A DNA stretch of 64,000 nt. It comes from Thermoanaerobaculia bacterium. GTDB taxonomy: Bacteria > Acidobacteriota > Thermoanaerobaculia > UBA5066. The stretch is taken from contig CAVRAY010000001.1 of NCBI GenBank assembly GCA_963719225.1, positions 2,624,001-2,688,000 of the forward strand, written 5' to 3'. The notes under the pieces were generated by a model. The model worked only from the letters and a program-made list of their open reading frames with translations. It made no database searches and was not told the DNA's origin. Position 1 is the first letter of the stretch. Every line of letters begins with the position of its first letter. Below are positions 22,427 to 32,541 of this stretch, piece after piece. The position numbers were made by a program, and so were the translations under genes.

Positions 22427-24132
22427 TGATTTCCTTCGACTTCCGGCCGGTCCTGTTCACGGCGATCGCGGCGGGTCTCCTCGTCGCGGTCATCGTCGTC
22501 ACGCGGCAGCTCGCGAGGGCTCGCTCCGGCGCCGCCGAGCTGTCGCGCAAGAACCGCGAGCTCGCGACGCTCCGCGAGCTGACCTCGATCGTGTCCAGCG
22601 TCGCGCCGGGCCAGGAGGTCCTTGCGCGTCTGTTCGACAGCCTTCGCCAGGCTCTGCCGATCCGCGCCCTGGCGGCCGTCTCGTACGAGGAGGATCCGGA
22701 CGGGCAGGCGCTCGTCGCCTTCGGCGGCGACGTGACGCTCGAACGGCGATCGTTTCTCGACTGGCTCGCCACCCAGAAGGACCTCGAGTCTCCTTTCCTG
22801 CCGGCCTCTCCCACGCCCCGCGTGGCGAGCGGGCCCGATCGCGAGCTCGTTCTCAACCCCCGCTTTTCGCACCAGGTCTTCCTGCCGCTCCAGACTCCCG
22901 CCCTCATCGCCGGCATCCTCATCGCCGAGTCCGACGACCCGTCCCTCGTCACGCCGCAGACCCTCCAGGAGCTCTCCGTCGTCTCCGATCACGTGGCGCT
23001 GGCGCTTCAGGACCGCAACCTCAGGCGGCAGATGCAGGCCGTGAACGAGCGCCTGCAGGGGCGCGCCGAGATGCTGCAGCGCATCCTCGAGGTCTCCCAC
23101 GAGCTGAAGGCGCACCTCACGCTGGAGCTCCTCGTCCAGAGCATCGTTCAGGCCGTCCACCACAGCCTCGGCTACCGCGTGGTCGTGCTCTCGCTCTTCG
23201 ATCCGGCCGAAAACGTCTTCGAGCGCCGTGCACAGGTCGGATTCGACGACTCGTCCCCGGGCTCCCCGCCTCGAAAGGTGCCTCGCGAGGAGATCGCGCG
23301 CTGGTTCGGCGAGCATTTCCGGATCTCGAAGTCCTACTTCGTGAGCCATCTCGACCGCAAGGAGCCCGTCGAGAATTCCGGCAAGATCGACCGCCGCCGG
23401 CGGACGACGGCGCCGGGCGCGTGGCACCCGAACGATCTGCTCTTCGTTCCCCTGACCGCGGGCGATCAGGTCGTCGGCACCCTGCAGCTCGACCAGCCGA
23501 GAGGCGGGCTCGTCCCGCGCCTCGAGGACGTCCAGGCGCTCGAGATCTTCGCGAACCAGGCCGTCACGGCGATTCACTCGGCGCGCGTGTACGAGGCGAC
23601 GCGGCAGATGTCGGTGCGGGACTCGCTGACCGAGGCGTACAACCACCGGTACTTCCAGGAGACTCTTTCGCGCGAGCTCGCCCGGCACGAGCGCAGCGGG
23701 CAGCCGCTCGCTCTCGTCATGCTCGACATCGACGACTTCAAGAGGATCAACGACCGCTGGGGACACCCGGTGGGCGATCTCGTTCTGCGCGGGATCGTGG
23801 ACGAGCTGACGAAGGGCGTGAGGGAGATGGACACGGTCGCGCGCTACGGCGGCGAGGAGTTCGCGCTCATCTTTCCGGAGACGACGCCCGCGAAGGCCTG
23901 GGTCGTGGCCGACCGGCTGCGAAACCGCGTGGCCGGGCGTCTCTTCGTCGCTCCCCAGCTCGACCACGCGCTCGCCGTGACGATCTCGCTCGGGCTCGCC
24001 TGCTTCCCGGAGGACGCGGGCACGAAGCGCTCGCTCATCGAGCGCGCCGACCAGGCGCTGTATCAGGCCAAGCGGAGCGGCAAGAACTGTCTCGTGACGG
24101 CTTCCTCGCTCGCAGACCTCAAGACGCTCTAG
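22423..24132 (+). CDS. TM-GAF-GAF-GGDEF diguanylate cyclase
   Basis: DIDDFKRINDRWGH, REMD I-site, RYGGEEF. Start at GTG 22423 or ATG 22426. Confidence 0.88.
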   Translation: MMISFDFRPVLFTAIAAGLLVAVIVVTRQLARARSGAAELSRKNRELATLRELTSIVSSVAPGQEVLARLFDSLRQALPIRALAAVSYEEDPDGQALVAFGGDVTLERRSFLDWLATQKDLESPFLPASPTPRVASGPDRELVLNPRFSHQVFLPLQTPALIAGILIAESDDPSLVTPQTLQELSVVSDHVALALQDRNLRRQMQAVNERLQGRAEMLQRILEVSHELKAHLTLELLVQSIVQAVHHSLGYRVVVLSLFDPAENVFERRAQVGFDDSSPGSPPRKVPREEIARWFGEHFRISKSYFVSHLDRKEPVENSGKIDRRRRTTAPGAWHPNDLLFVPLTAGDQVVGTLQLDQPRGGLVPRLEDVQALEIFANQAVTAIHSARVYEATRQMSVRDSLTEAYNHRYFQETLSRELARHERSGQPLALVMLDIDDFKRINDRWGHPVGDLVLRGIVDELTKGVREMDTVARYGGEEFALIFPETTPAKAWVVADRLRNRVAGRLFVAPQLDHALAVTISLGLACFPEDAGTKRSLIERADQALYQAKRSGKNCLVTASSLADLKTL

Positions 24133-24868
24133 GCCGGCTCGCGAACGGAGAGAGAAGCGCGCGCCGCGTCACGGCCGGGCACCCGGCGACCGCGAAGCGC
24201 AGCGGCCAGGCGGCCGCCTCTCTCGCGTAGTCCACCCCGACGCGCGGGCCGACGAGCACGTCGAAACGCGCGCGCGGGCCGCGGGAAATCATCAGCTCGG
24301 GACCGGAGAGGGAAGCGCTGGAGAGCGCGGACGTCACACCGAGGTACGCACAGAGCTTCGCGGGACCGGAATAAAGAGATATTTGCTTAGAAAGGGAAGA
24401 GGGGGACCCCCTGCGCGCGCCCACGGCCTTTCCAGCCACCGCCGACGAGGCGCCGCCGCGGCGTCCTGCCCTATTCACCTTCAAAGAAATCTTTGTCTTC
24501 TCTTCTCCTTTCTCTCTCTCCCACTCTTCCCACCACTCCTCCGAAACAGCCGCCCTCAGCAGAACCGCCTCCGGCACGCCCTCTCGCCCCGTCACGACGT
24601 TCATGCAGAAGTGCATGCCGTAGACGAAGTAGACGTAGGCGTGGCCGCCCGGGCCCCACATGGGGGCGACGCGGGGAGTCCGCCGGCCGTTCCAGGTGTG
24701 CGCGGCGCGGTCCTTCGCTCCGAGATAGGCTTCGGTCTCGACGATGACGACCGAGCGCCGCTCGCCGTCCGGAAGCGTTCGAACGAGGCGGCAGCCGAGC
24801 AAATCTCGCGCGACGACGGCGGTCTCGCGGCGATAGAAGGACTGCGGAAGCGGACGGAGAGGCGGCAC
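24119..24868 (-). CDS. mpg: DNA-3-methyladenine glycosylase (MPG/AAG family) with an internal insertion
   Basis: IVETEAYLG, YVYFVYGMHFCMNVV, AVLLRA, GPAKLC, PRVGV; unusually long AVLLRA-to-GPAKLC segment. Confidence 0.9.
   Translation of the reverse strand: MPPLRPLPQSFYRRETAVVARDLLGCRLVRTLPDGERRSVVIVETEAYLGAKDRAAHTWNGRRTPRVAPMWGPGGHAYVYFVYGMHFCMNVVTGREGVPEAVLLRAAVSEEWWEEWEREKGEEKTKISLKVNRAGRRGGASSAVAGKAVGARRGSPSSLSKQISLYSGPAKLCAYLGVTSALSSASLSGPELMISRGPRARFDVLVGPRVGVDYAREAAAWPLRFAVAGCPAVTRRALLSPFASRPRAS
24370..24523. repeat. Inverted pair of intragenic TTC-N3-GAA motifs in mpg
   Basis: Minus strand 24370-24400: TCTTCCCTTTCTAAGCAAATATCTCTTTATT. Plus strand 24472-24523: TATTCACCTTCAAAGAAATCTTTGTCTTCTCTTCTCC... 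Confidence 0.8.
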
Positions 24869-24883
24869 GCTATCCTCCGCCGC

Positions 24884-25828
24884 ATGATGCCCGAGACGCG
24901 TTCCGTCCTCGTGACCGGCGGCGCCGGTTTCATCGGCTCCCATCTCGCGGACGCCTTTCTCGCGGACGGCAAGACAGTCGTCGCCCTCGACGACCTCTCG
25001 ACCGGCCAGAGCTCACGGCTCCCGAGAGGGGTCCGATTTGTCGAAGGCGACATTCGGCGCTTCGATCTCGCGAGCCTCCTCCGCGAGTCGAACGTGGACA
25101 CGATCCTCCACTACGCGGCGCAGATCGACGTGAGAAAGTCCGTCGAGGACCCCGTCTTCGACGCCGAGGTCAACGTCCTCGGCACGATTCGGATCGCACA
25201 GGCGGCCCTCGCGGCCGGTGTCACCCAGATCGTCTTCGCGTCCAGCGGAGGCGCGATCTACGGCGACCCGGAAGGCTTCGCGGCGGACGAGAGCCACCCC
25301 ACGAACCCGGTCTCCCCCTACGGCGTCGCGAAGCTGGCCGGCGAGAAGTACCTCTTCGGCCTCGCGCACGGAACCCCGCTCGTCGTGACCGCCTTGCGGT
25401 TCGCGAACGTGTACGGGCCGCGCCAGGACGGGCGCGGCGAGGCGGGGGTGATCGGCATCTGGATGAAGAAGCTCCTCGAAGGCGGCGAATGCCTCATCAA
25501 CGGCGCCGGCGACCAGTCGCGCGACTTCGTGTTCGTGGGGGACGTCGTCAAGGCAAATCTCGCGGCGGCCGCGAACCGCACCGCCGGCGTCGTCAACGTG
25601 GGCACGGGCGTCGAAACGTCCGTGAACCGTCTCTACGATCTCGTCGCCGCCGCGTGCGGGACTTCGCGGCCCGCGCGGCGCGGGCCGGCGAAGGCCGGAG
25701 AGCAGATGCGCAGCGTTCTGGACGTGACGAAGAGCCGCTCGGCCCTCGGCCTGACCGCTCTCGTGGAGCTTCCGGACGGTCTCAGCCGGACGGCGGAGTG
25801 GTTCCGCCAGACGGCGCCACCGGCCTGA
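24884..25828 (+). CDS. NAD-dependent epimerase/dehydratase (GalE-like extended SDR)
   Basis: VLVTGGAGFIGSH, YGVAK, LRFANVYGPRQ, RDFVFVGD. Confidence 0.9.
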   Translation: MMPETRSVLVTGGAGFIGSHLADAFLADGKTVVALDDLSTGQSSRLPRGVRFVEGDIRRFDLASLLRESNVDTILHYAAQIDVRKSVEDPVFDAEVNVLGTIRIAQAALAAGVTQIVFASSGGAIYGDPEGFAADESHPTNPVSPYGVAKLAGEKYLFGLAHGTPLVVTALRFANVYGPRQDGRGEAGVIGIWMKKLLEGGECLINGAGDQSRDFVFVGDVVKANLAAAANRTAGVVNVGTGVETSVNRLYDLVAAACGTSRPARRGPAKAGEQMRSVLDVTKSRSALGLTALVELPDGLSRTAEWFRQTAPPA

Positions 25829-27047
25829 CGCGCCCGGACGCGGCGAGGCGGCGGGGGTCCCGGCGGATGGCCACGGCCGTGATGTCGTCCTCGGCGGGCG
25901 CGCCATGCGACCACGAGCGCGCCGCGTTGATCACGCGTTGGACCACCTCGCGCGCCGTCTCGCGCCGCGCCTGTGAAAGGAGGCGCTTGAGCCGTCCGGC
26001 GCCGAACTCGCGGCCCTTCGAATCGTGCGCCTCGACGACCCCGTCCGTGTAGAGGAGGACCAGGTCCCCCACCTCCATGTGAATCGCTCGGCGGCCATAG
26101 ACCGCGTCGGGCGCGGGCCCGAGTACCATCCCGGTCGATTCGAGCTCGGTGAACGCGCCGCTCGCGGCATGCAGGTGCAGGGGCGACGGATGGCCGGCGT
26201 TCACGTACACGACGTCCCCGTTCGTCTCGAACTCGCCGTAGAAGAGCGACACGAACTTCGTCGTGAGGCGGCTCTTGTTCAGGATCCGGTTCAAGCGCTC
26301 GATCGTGCGGGCGATCTTGAAGTCGCTTCCAATGCCCATGCGCAGGCCGACGTAGATGTCGCGCACGAGGAGCGCCGCGAGGAGCCCGTGGCCGGAGGCG
26401 TCCGCGATCGCGGCGCCGAAGCTCAGATCGCCGAGCGGGAGGAAATCGTAGAAGTCGCCGCCGACGGCCTCGGCGGGGAGGGAAAGCCCGAAGATCTCGA
26501 AGTCCCCCACCTGGGGCACGGCGCGCGGAAGGATCGACTGCTGGATGCGCCGGGCGTCCTGCATCAGTCCCTCGAGCCGCTCCGTCCGTACCTTCGAGTC
26601 GACGACCGTCCGGATGATTCCGAGCGCGAGAAGAAGATCCTCGGCGCGCGCTTTCGGGTGGACGTCGAACGAAAGGAGGTAGCGCTCCCCGCCGAAGGAG
26701 ACGGCCGCGAAGCGCGTCACGCCGAGGCTCCTCTCGAGCTCGCGATCCACGGACGGGTCGTCGAGGTCGGCGAGGGCGAGCCCGTCCTCCTCCGCGCGCC
26801 GGATGGGCCCGTATTCGGCGGACACCGTGATCCCCGAGGGCACGCGGCGCGAGCGGCCGAAGCCACGCTCCAGGACGTACTGGTTCTCGCGCCGGACGTA
26901 GAGCCGGCCGCCGAGGATCCCCAGCTCGTTCCGGAAGTTGCGAACGATCGCCTCGCCCACCTGCACGATCGTCGCGAGAACGTCCTCGCCGCCCGCGATG
27001 GCTTCGAGGGTCCTCTCGACGTTCTTCAGGAGAAGGCGATAGTCCAT
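25782..27047 (-). CDS. SpoIIE/RsbU-type PP2C phosphatase
   Basis: VGGDFYD, ADASGHG, NAGHP, YTDGVVEA, DDIT. Confidence 0.88.
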   Translation of the reverse strand: MDYRLLLKNVERTLEAIAGGEDVLATIVQVGEAIVRNFRNELGILGGRLYVRRENQYVLERGFGRSRRVPSGITVSAEYGPIRRAEEDGLALADLDDPSVDRELERSLGVTRFAAVSFGGERYLLSFDVHPKARAEDLLLALGIIRTVVDSKVRTERLEGLMQDARRIQQSILPRAVPQVGDFEIFGLSLPAEAVGGDFYDFLPLGDLSFGAAIADASGHGLLAALLVRDIYVGLRMGIGSDFKIARTIERLNRILNKSRLTTKFVSLFYGEFETNGDVVYVNAGHPSPLHLHAASGAFTELESTGMVLGPAPDAVYGRRAIHMEVGDLVLLYTDGVVEAHDSKGREFGAGRLKRLLSQARRETAREVVQRVINAARSWSHGAPAEDDITAVAIRRDPRRLAASGRVRPVAPSGGTTPPSG

Positions 27048-27081
27048 CCTAGCCGAACGTCACGCGCTTGCACGGCGCGTG

Positions 27082-28566
27082 CTATCCAAAGGCAGCCAGC
27101 ACGCTCAGCAGACGGTCCTGATACGCGTGCCCGCTCGTATCGCGACATCCCCCGTTCAGGAGGATGCTGAAGACGTACGTCTGGCCGCTCTGCGCCTTCA
27201 CGTATCCGCACAGCGTCACGACGCCCGCGACGTTCCCGGTCTTCGCCCAGACCCTTCCGGCCGTGGCCGGGCCGAGGAGCCGGTGGCGAAGAGTGCCGTC
27301 CGGCTCGCCAGCCACGGCGAGCGTGGGCTTCCAGGTCTCGAAGCGCTCCCACCGCGTCGCGAGCGCCGTCAGGAAGTCGACGTACGCCGCCGCGGAAGCC
27401 CGGTTCGAGTGCGCGCGTCCCGATCCGTCCGCGAGCTGATAGCGCGATGGGTCCAGCCCGAGCGATCCGAGGAACGCGGCCACCTCGGCCCTGCCGTTTT
27501 CCCAGGTTCCGCGGCCGCGCTTCTCGGCGCCGAGCGTCTTGAGGATCTGCTCGGCGAAAAAGGATTGCGAGCGCTTGTTGCAGACGGCGAGGGCGGACAG
27601 GAGCGGCGTCTCGTGGGTGTGGAGGAGGACGCGGCCCGAGAGCAGAGCCGGCACGCTCGCCGGCTCGGTGCGCACGGTGGGCGGGGCGTCGATGCGGATG
27701 CCGCTTTCGCGGAGGACCTGCGAGAGCGCCGCGGAGAAGTAGAGCGGCGGGTCGGGCACGGTCACGTCGCCGACCCACGTGCGGTTCCTCCCGACGGCCC
27801 CGGCGGCCCTGACCGTGTGGCTGCCGGCCTCGCGGCTGACCCCCACCCACGTGCGGCGCGCGGCCGTGACCACGTTCGAGATGAGGTTCAGAAGGGGCGG
27901 ACCGAGGGGATCGAATCCCATCAGCGCGGGGCTGCCGGGCCTGAGCCCTCCGGAGGCCCGCACGAGGACGACGTTGTCGTTGTACGAGAGGGCCGACACC
28001 GGGGCCTGGTACCACCGCTGCTCCTGCTCGCTCGGCCAGTCGGGATGCGACTGCACGTCGTCGAAGAACGAAACGTCGAGAAGAAGGCCGTCCCTGATCG
28101 AACGGATTCCCTTGCTCACGAGCGACGCCGCCCAGGGCCGGAACACCGCGAGGGGATCGTCCTCGTACCAGCGGCCGGAAAGGCCGGGATCGCCCCCGCC
28201 CACCACCACGAGGTGGCCTGGGAGGACGCCGTCCACGCCGATCGGGGCATCGCGATAGAGCCTCGTCCGGAACTTGTAGTCGGGGCCGAGGCGGTCGAGC
28301 GCAGCGGCGGTCGTCAGGAGCTTCGTCGTGGACGCGAGGATGAAGGGCTTTTCCGGGTTCAGGGAGACGAGGGGCGCGGAATCGCCGAGCCGCGTGACGA
28401 CGACGCCGATCTCGGAGCGCCGGGCGGGACCCCTCCGGAGCAGCGCATTCAGGCGCTGCTGGAGCGTGGCCGGCCGCGCAGGTTTTTTCGCCGCGCGCAC
28501 GTCTGGAGCCCATACGAGAAGAACGGCGACGGCCGCGCCGCCGATGAGCCTGGGTATCCGCGACAT
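27082..28566 (-). CDS. dacB: D-alanyl-D-alanine carboxypeptidase/endopeptidase (PBP4, peptidase S13)
   Basis: ASTTK (SxxK), GGGDP, DGSG, AKTG; signal peptide. Confidence 0.88.
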   Translation of the reverse strand: MSRIPRLIGGAAVAVLLVWAPDVRAAKKPARPATLQQRLNALLRRGPARRSEIGVVVTRLGDSAPLVSLNPEKPFILASTTKLLTTAAALDRLGPDYKFRTRLYRDAPIGVDGVLPGHLVVVGGGDPGLSGRWYEDDPLAVFRPWAASLVSKGIRSIRDGLLLDVSFFDDVQSHPDWPSEQEQRWYQAPVSALSYNDNVVLVRASGGLRPGSPALMGFDPLGPPLLNLISNVVTAARRTWVGVSREAGSHTVRAAGAVGRNRTWVGDVTVPDPPLYFSAALSQVLRESGIRIDAPPTVRTEPASVPALLSGRVLLHTHETPLLSALAVCNKRSQSFFAEQILKTLGAEKRGRGTWENGRAEVAAFLGSLGLDPSRYQLADGSGRAHSNRASAAAYVDFLTALATRWERFETWKPTLAVAGEPDGTLRHRLLGPATAGRVWAKTGNVAGVVTLCGYVKAQSGQTYVFSILLNGGCRDTSGHAYQDRLLSVLAAFG

Positions 28567-28626
28567 CGGGTGCATTTTAGCTGAACAAGGCCTCCTTGGA
28601 TACCCGGGGGGGCCCTACAATCGGCC

Positions 28627-31086
28627 GTGGCGCTCACGGTCGATCTCGCGGCGAAGACGATCACGCTCTCCCCCGGAACGCTCCTCGGCGGCGTGGCCCG
28701 CCGGGCCGGGTTCGACCGCGGTGAGGGGTTCGAGAGGCTCTGGATCGGCCAGGCGGTCCACCGGCGCGTGCTCGGGGAGAACCTCCTGAACGTGCCCGGC
28801 TACGCGGTCGAAAAGGCGATTCGGCTCGTGTACCTCGTGGACGACTTCACCGCGATCCTCGAGGGCCGTCTCGACGGGCGATTCGAGGAGGGCGGCCGCG
28901 TCGTCGTAGACGAGGTCAAGTCGCTGCATTTCGCCGAGGACCTCGGGAAGCTTCACGGGTCCCCTCGCCTCGAGCGCTTCCAGCTCCAGCTCCGGTGGTA
29001 CATGCAGGCCGTGCACGTCGCCGAAGGCCGACCCGTTCACGGGCGCCTCGTCCTCGCGGACATCGAGACGGGCGCGACGAAGCTCCTCGACGTCGCGCAC
29101 GAGCCCGAAAAAACCCTCCAGGACCTCGTCGCCCGCACCCGGATCCTCCTGGACGCTTTTTTCGAGGAGCGGGCTCTCGCCGAGGCGAAGGCCGCCGAAG
29201 CCGCGACGCTCGTCTTCCCACATGCGCACTTCCGACCCGGGCAGCGGGAGATGACGTCCTCCGTCGCGCGCGCGGCGGCGCGAGGCGAGCATCTCCTCGT
29301 CGAGGCCCCGACCGGCATCGGCAAGACCGCCGCCGCCCTGCACCCCCTTCTCGTGGGCGCGCTCGAGTCCAACCGCCGGCTTTTCGTCCTCACGGCGAAG
29401 ACGACGCAGCAGGACATCTACGAAAAGACGCTGGCCGCGATCGACGGCGAGTCCTTCCGGTCCGTGAGACTCCGCGCGAAAGAGCGCATGTGCGCGAACG
29501 ACGTCGTCCTGTGCCACGAGAACCACTGCGCCTACGCGAAGGACTACGGCGCCAAGATGGAAGCGTCGGGCCTCCTGGATCGTCTCCTCGCGAGCCACCG
29601 CCACCTCGATCCGGACACGGTCTTCGAGGCGGCCCGCGACGAGACGGTGTGCCCGTTCGAGGTCTCCCTCGAGCTGGCCGAACAGGCGGATGTCGTCCTG
29701 GGCGATTACAACTACGTCTTCGACCCCGTCGTGGCCCTCTCGGCGGCGCGCGAGCCGTCCGCGCTCTCCGACTCGATCCTTCTCGTCGACGAAGCGCACA
29801 ACCTCGTGGACCGCGGACGCGGCTACTACTCGCCCGAGCTTTCCGATGCGTCTCTGGCGTCGCTCGAGGAGCGCATCGGCGTTTCGAACGCGAGGACGGC
29901 GTGGGATGCGGGAGAGGCCGCGCGGCGCCTGCGCAGGCTCGTGGCGGACGCGGCCGCACCCCTTGCACCCGACGAGACGGATCCCGTCGAGCTCGTGACC
30001 CTGGACGAGGAGCGTCTCGACGACCTGCGCCTCGACTTCGAGTCGCTTCTCGTGCGCCATCTCGCGGACCTCCGCGCCGGAGGCGAACGCGTGCCCGACG
30101 ACCCGGTGCTCGACCTCTACTTTTCGTTCGCGCGTTTTCACGACGTCAGTAAGCGCGCGCAGCCCGAAGGCGGACGCCCCGACCCGGCTTTCGACGTCCT
30201 CGCGGCGCGCGGCAGGGGCGGCGCGCGACTCGCGATCCTCTGCAAGGACCCGTCGAAGCTCCTCGGGGAGACGCTGAACGCGGCCGCAGCCACCGTCTCG
30301 ATGTCCGCCACGCTCTCTCCGCCCGAGTTCTACCGCGATCTCCTCGGGCTCGATCCCGATCGCACGTCGGTGCTCCGGCTTCCTTCGCCTTTTCCCCGGG
30401 AGAACCGCACCGTGCTCGTCGCCCCGGACGTGGATACGACCTTCGCGGCCCGCGGGCGGGGTGCCCCGCGCATCGCGGCCCTCGTTGCGGACGTGGCGCG
30501 CGCCTGCCCGGGCAACATGCTGGCGCTGTTCCCGTCGTACCGCTTCCTCGACGAGGTACGCGCCCACCTCCCCCCGCTGAACGGCCGCCGCGTCCTCAGG
30601 CCTTCCGACCGCTCGACGGAGCTCGAGCGGAACTCGGTCCTCGCGGCGATGAAGGACGGCGGCGCGCCCGTCGTCCTCTTCGCGGTCTCCGGAGGCGCGT
30701 TCGCCGAAGGCGTGGACTATCCGGGCAAGATGCTCCAGGCCGTCGTCGTCGTCTCTCCGGCGCTCCCCATGGTCCGATTCGAGCAGGAGCGCATGCGCGC
30801 CTATTTCGAGGAGCGTTTCGAGCGCGGGTTCGAGTATGCGTACGTCGTTCCGGGCATGACGCGCGTCGTCCAGAGCGCCGGGAGGCTCATTCGATCCGGC
30901 ACCGACACGGGCGTCGTCGTCCTCGCCTGCCGGAGGTTCCTGCAGGCGCCGTACAGCCGCTACCTGCCCGCCGACTGGTATCTCGACGACCCCGGAGAGC
31001 TCGCGTGCATCGAGGTCGGCCGCGCGACCGAGGAGTTCTTCCTGCGCGTCAAGGCGGGCGAGCTGCCGGTCGCGACCGGCGGTTAG
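28627..31086 (+). CDS. DinG/XPD-family Fe-S helicase with N-terminal PD-(D/E)XK nuclease-like domain
   Basis: EAPTGIGKT, C..C..C..CP Fe-S ligands, DYNY, DEAH, SAT, QSAGRLIR; N-terminal H...GRLDG...DEVKS...QxxxY. Confidence 0.88.
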   Translation: MALTVDLAAKTITLSPGTLLGGVARRAGFDRGEGFERLWIGQAVHRRVLGENLLNVPGYAVEKAIRLVYLVDDFTAILEGRLDGRFEEGGRVVVDEVKSLHFAEDLGKLHGSPRLERFQLQLRWYMQAVHVAEGRPVHGRLVLADIETGATKLLDVAHEPEKTLQDLVARTRILLDAFFEERALAEAKAAEAATLVFPHAHFRPGQREMTSSVARAAARGEHLLVEAPTGIGKTAAALHPLLVGALESNRRLFVLTAKTTQQDIYEKTLAAIDGESFRSVRLRAKERMCANDVVLCHENHCAYAKDYGAKMEASGLLDRLLASHRHLDPDTVFEAARDETVCPFEVSLELAEQADVVLGDYNYVFDPVVALSAAREPSALSDSILLVDEAHNLVDRGRGYYSPELSDASLASLEERIGVSNARTAWDAGEAARRLRRLVADAAAPLAPDETDPVELVTLDEERLDDLRLDFESLLVRHLADLRAGGERVPDDPVLDLYFSFARFHDVSKRAQPEGGRPDPAFDVLAARGRGGARLAILCKDPSKLLGETLNAAAATVSMSATLSPPEFYRDLLGLDPDRTSVLRLPSPFPRENRTVLVAPDVDTTFAARGRGAPRIAALVADVARACPGNMLALFPSYRFLDEVRAHLPPLNGRRVLRPSDRSTELERNSVLAAMKDGGAPVVLFAVSGGAFAEGVDYPGKMLQAVVVVSPALPMVRFEQERMRAYFEERFERGFEYAYVVPGMTRVVQSAGRLIRSGTDTGVVVLACRRFLQAPYSRYLPADWYLDDPGELACIEVGRATEEFFLRVKAGELPVATGG

Positions 31087-32541
31087 TCACCGTCCGGCGA
31101 CGGATGCCTCGAAGGCTTCGCCGAGCAGGCCGTCTTCGGTGAGAGCGAGGACGCGGTAACGGTAGCGGTGTCCCGGGGTCGCGTCGCGGTCGAGCCAGAA
31201 GTAGCCCGTCCCGCCTTCGGAGGCCTTCGTCGCGGGGAGGGTGCTCCTCTCGAGGGCCGCGTCGGCGTCCGTCTCGTCGCGACGTTCCACGACCCAACCC
31301 AGAAGGTCTTCGTGCCGCGAAGTCTCCCACGCGAGCTCGACGCCTCCGCCCGTCCAGTTCGCTCGAGAGCTCGTGAGAGCGGCCGGATAGTCCGGAATGC
31401 GGCGCACGCGCAGAAGCATCTCGCCGGCCCCGTCGCCACCGGCGAGCACGACCTCGACACTCGCGGTGCCCGCTGCCGGAACGACCCGCGTGGCTCCCGG
31501 AGAGACCGGCAGGGAGTCGAAGCCGCCGTCCCCGCGGTAGAAAAGAAGAAGTGTCGCCGCGTGTGCGCCTGCGTCAGGGAGCGCGATCTCCAGTCCGGCC
31601 CGCTCGTCCTCGGTGCGCAGTGAGACGCGCCTCCAGCCGAGCGGTTGAGGGGCAGCCGCGACGACGTCTCCCGGGAGCCAGGTCCTCCGGGAAATGCCGG
31701 GCGAATCCCTGCGAGAAGCGCTCGCGGCAGCCAGGCGCGAAACGACGACCTCGGTCATGCGAGCGCCCAGATTCGCGGAGCCGGTCCGGCCCGCGAGGTC
31801 GCGAAGAAATGCGTCCGCCTCGTCGCCGCGTTCCCCGGCCTGCTCCCAGGCTTCTCGCACGTCCTGGGCGCCTCGCGGAAGGCGATTCTCGAGGGCCTCG
31901 AGAAAGGCCGCGAGGACCGCCGGCGACGTGAGGGCGCCGGCTTCGTCGAGAAAAGGATCCGGGATCGCGAGAACCGGGGCAGCAGGTCCGAGGTCGCGAC
32001 GCGAAAGCCATGCCGCGACGCCTTCCACGGCCCAGGACGGCTCGAGGGGAGCGGCCTGCCGCAGCGAAAGGAGGGCGACCTGAAGAGCGGCATCGCTCAG
32101 TGCGTTCCCCTTCTCCCGGGTCGCCGAGGCGACGAGAATGACCGGAGAGCGCAGCGCGCCGTTTCGCTCCCGGCCGTCCCAGCCGGAGGCCGTGACGCCG
32201 GGTCCGGCGGTGAACAGGACGTTCAGCGGAGACCGGGCGGAAAGCGGCCTCGACCATCCGTCACGGTCCACGAGAGCCGAGATGAAAGCAGCGAAGTCGC
32301 GGGCCAGCTCATCGCGCTGGCCCGCCGGGATTCCCGCGTCGAAGCTCACGAAGAGCTCGCCCGAGCGAAGGGCGCGGCGCTCGGCGGAGCGGGCATAGGG
32401 CGAGCGCAGAATCTCCAGACGCCTCCGCGAGGCCGCCGCGTCCGAGGACTCGTCCGGAACGCTCGCGAACGCCGGGAGGCACGGAAACAGCGCGACCGAC
32501 ACGAAGACGAGAACCGCGAGGCAACGGGCCTTGACGCGCAT
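31087..32541 (-). CDS. Secreted hypothetical protein with possible C-terminal FN3-like domain
   Basis: Signal peptide MRVKARCLAVLVFVSVALF...AFA; C-terminal VELAW...YRYRVLA. TGATG overlap with the PP2C gene. Confidence 0.6.
   Translation of the reverse strand: MRVKARCLAVLVFVSVALFPCLPAFASVPDESSDAAASRRRLEILRSPYARSAERRALRSGELFVSFDAGIPAGQRDELARDFAAFISALVDRDGWSRPLSARSPLNVLFTAGPGVTASGWDGRERNGALRSPVILVASATREKGNALSDAALQVALLSLRQAAPLEPSWAVEGVAAWLSRRDLGPAAPVLAIPDPFLDEAGALTSPAVLAAFLEALENRLPRGAQDVREAWEQAGERGDEADAFLRDLAGRTGSANLGARMTEVVVSRLAAASASRRDSPGISRRTWLPGDVVAAAPQPLGWRRVSLRTEDERAGLEIALPDAGAHAATLLLFYRGDGGFDSLPVSPGATRVVPAAGTASVEVVLAGGDGAGEMLLRVRRIPDYPAALTSSRANWTGGGVELAWETSRHEDLLGWVVERRDETDADAALERSTLPATKASEGGTGYFWLDRDATPGHRYRYRVLALTEDGLLGEAFEASVAGR

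Noticed and set aside
28627-31086. DinG as a type IV CRISPR CasDinG
   Set aside because: No csf/cas genes or array nearby; the neighbours are housekeeping genes.
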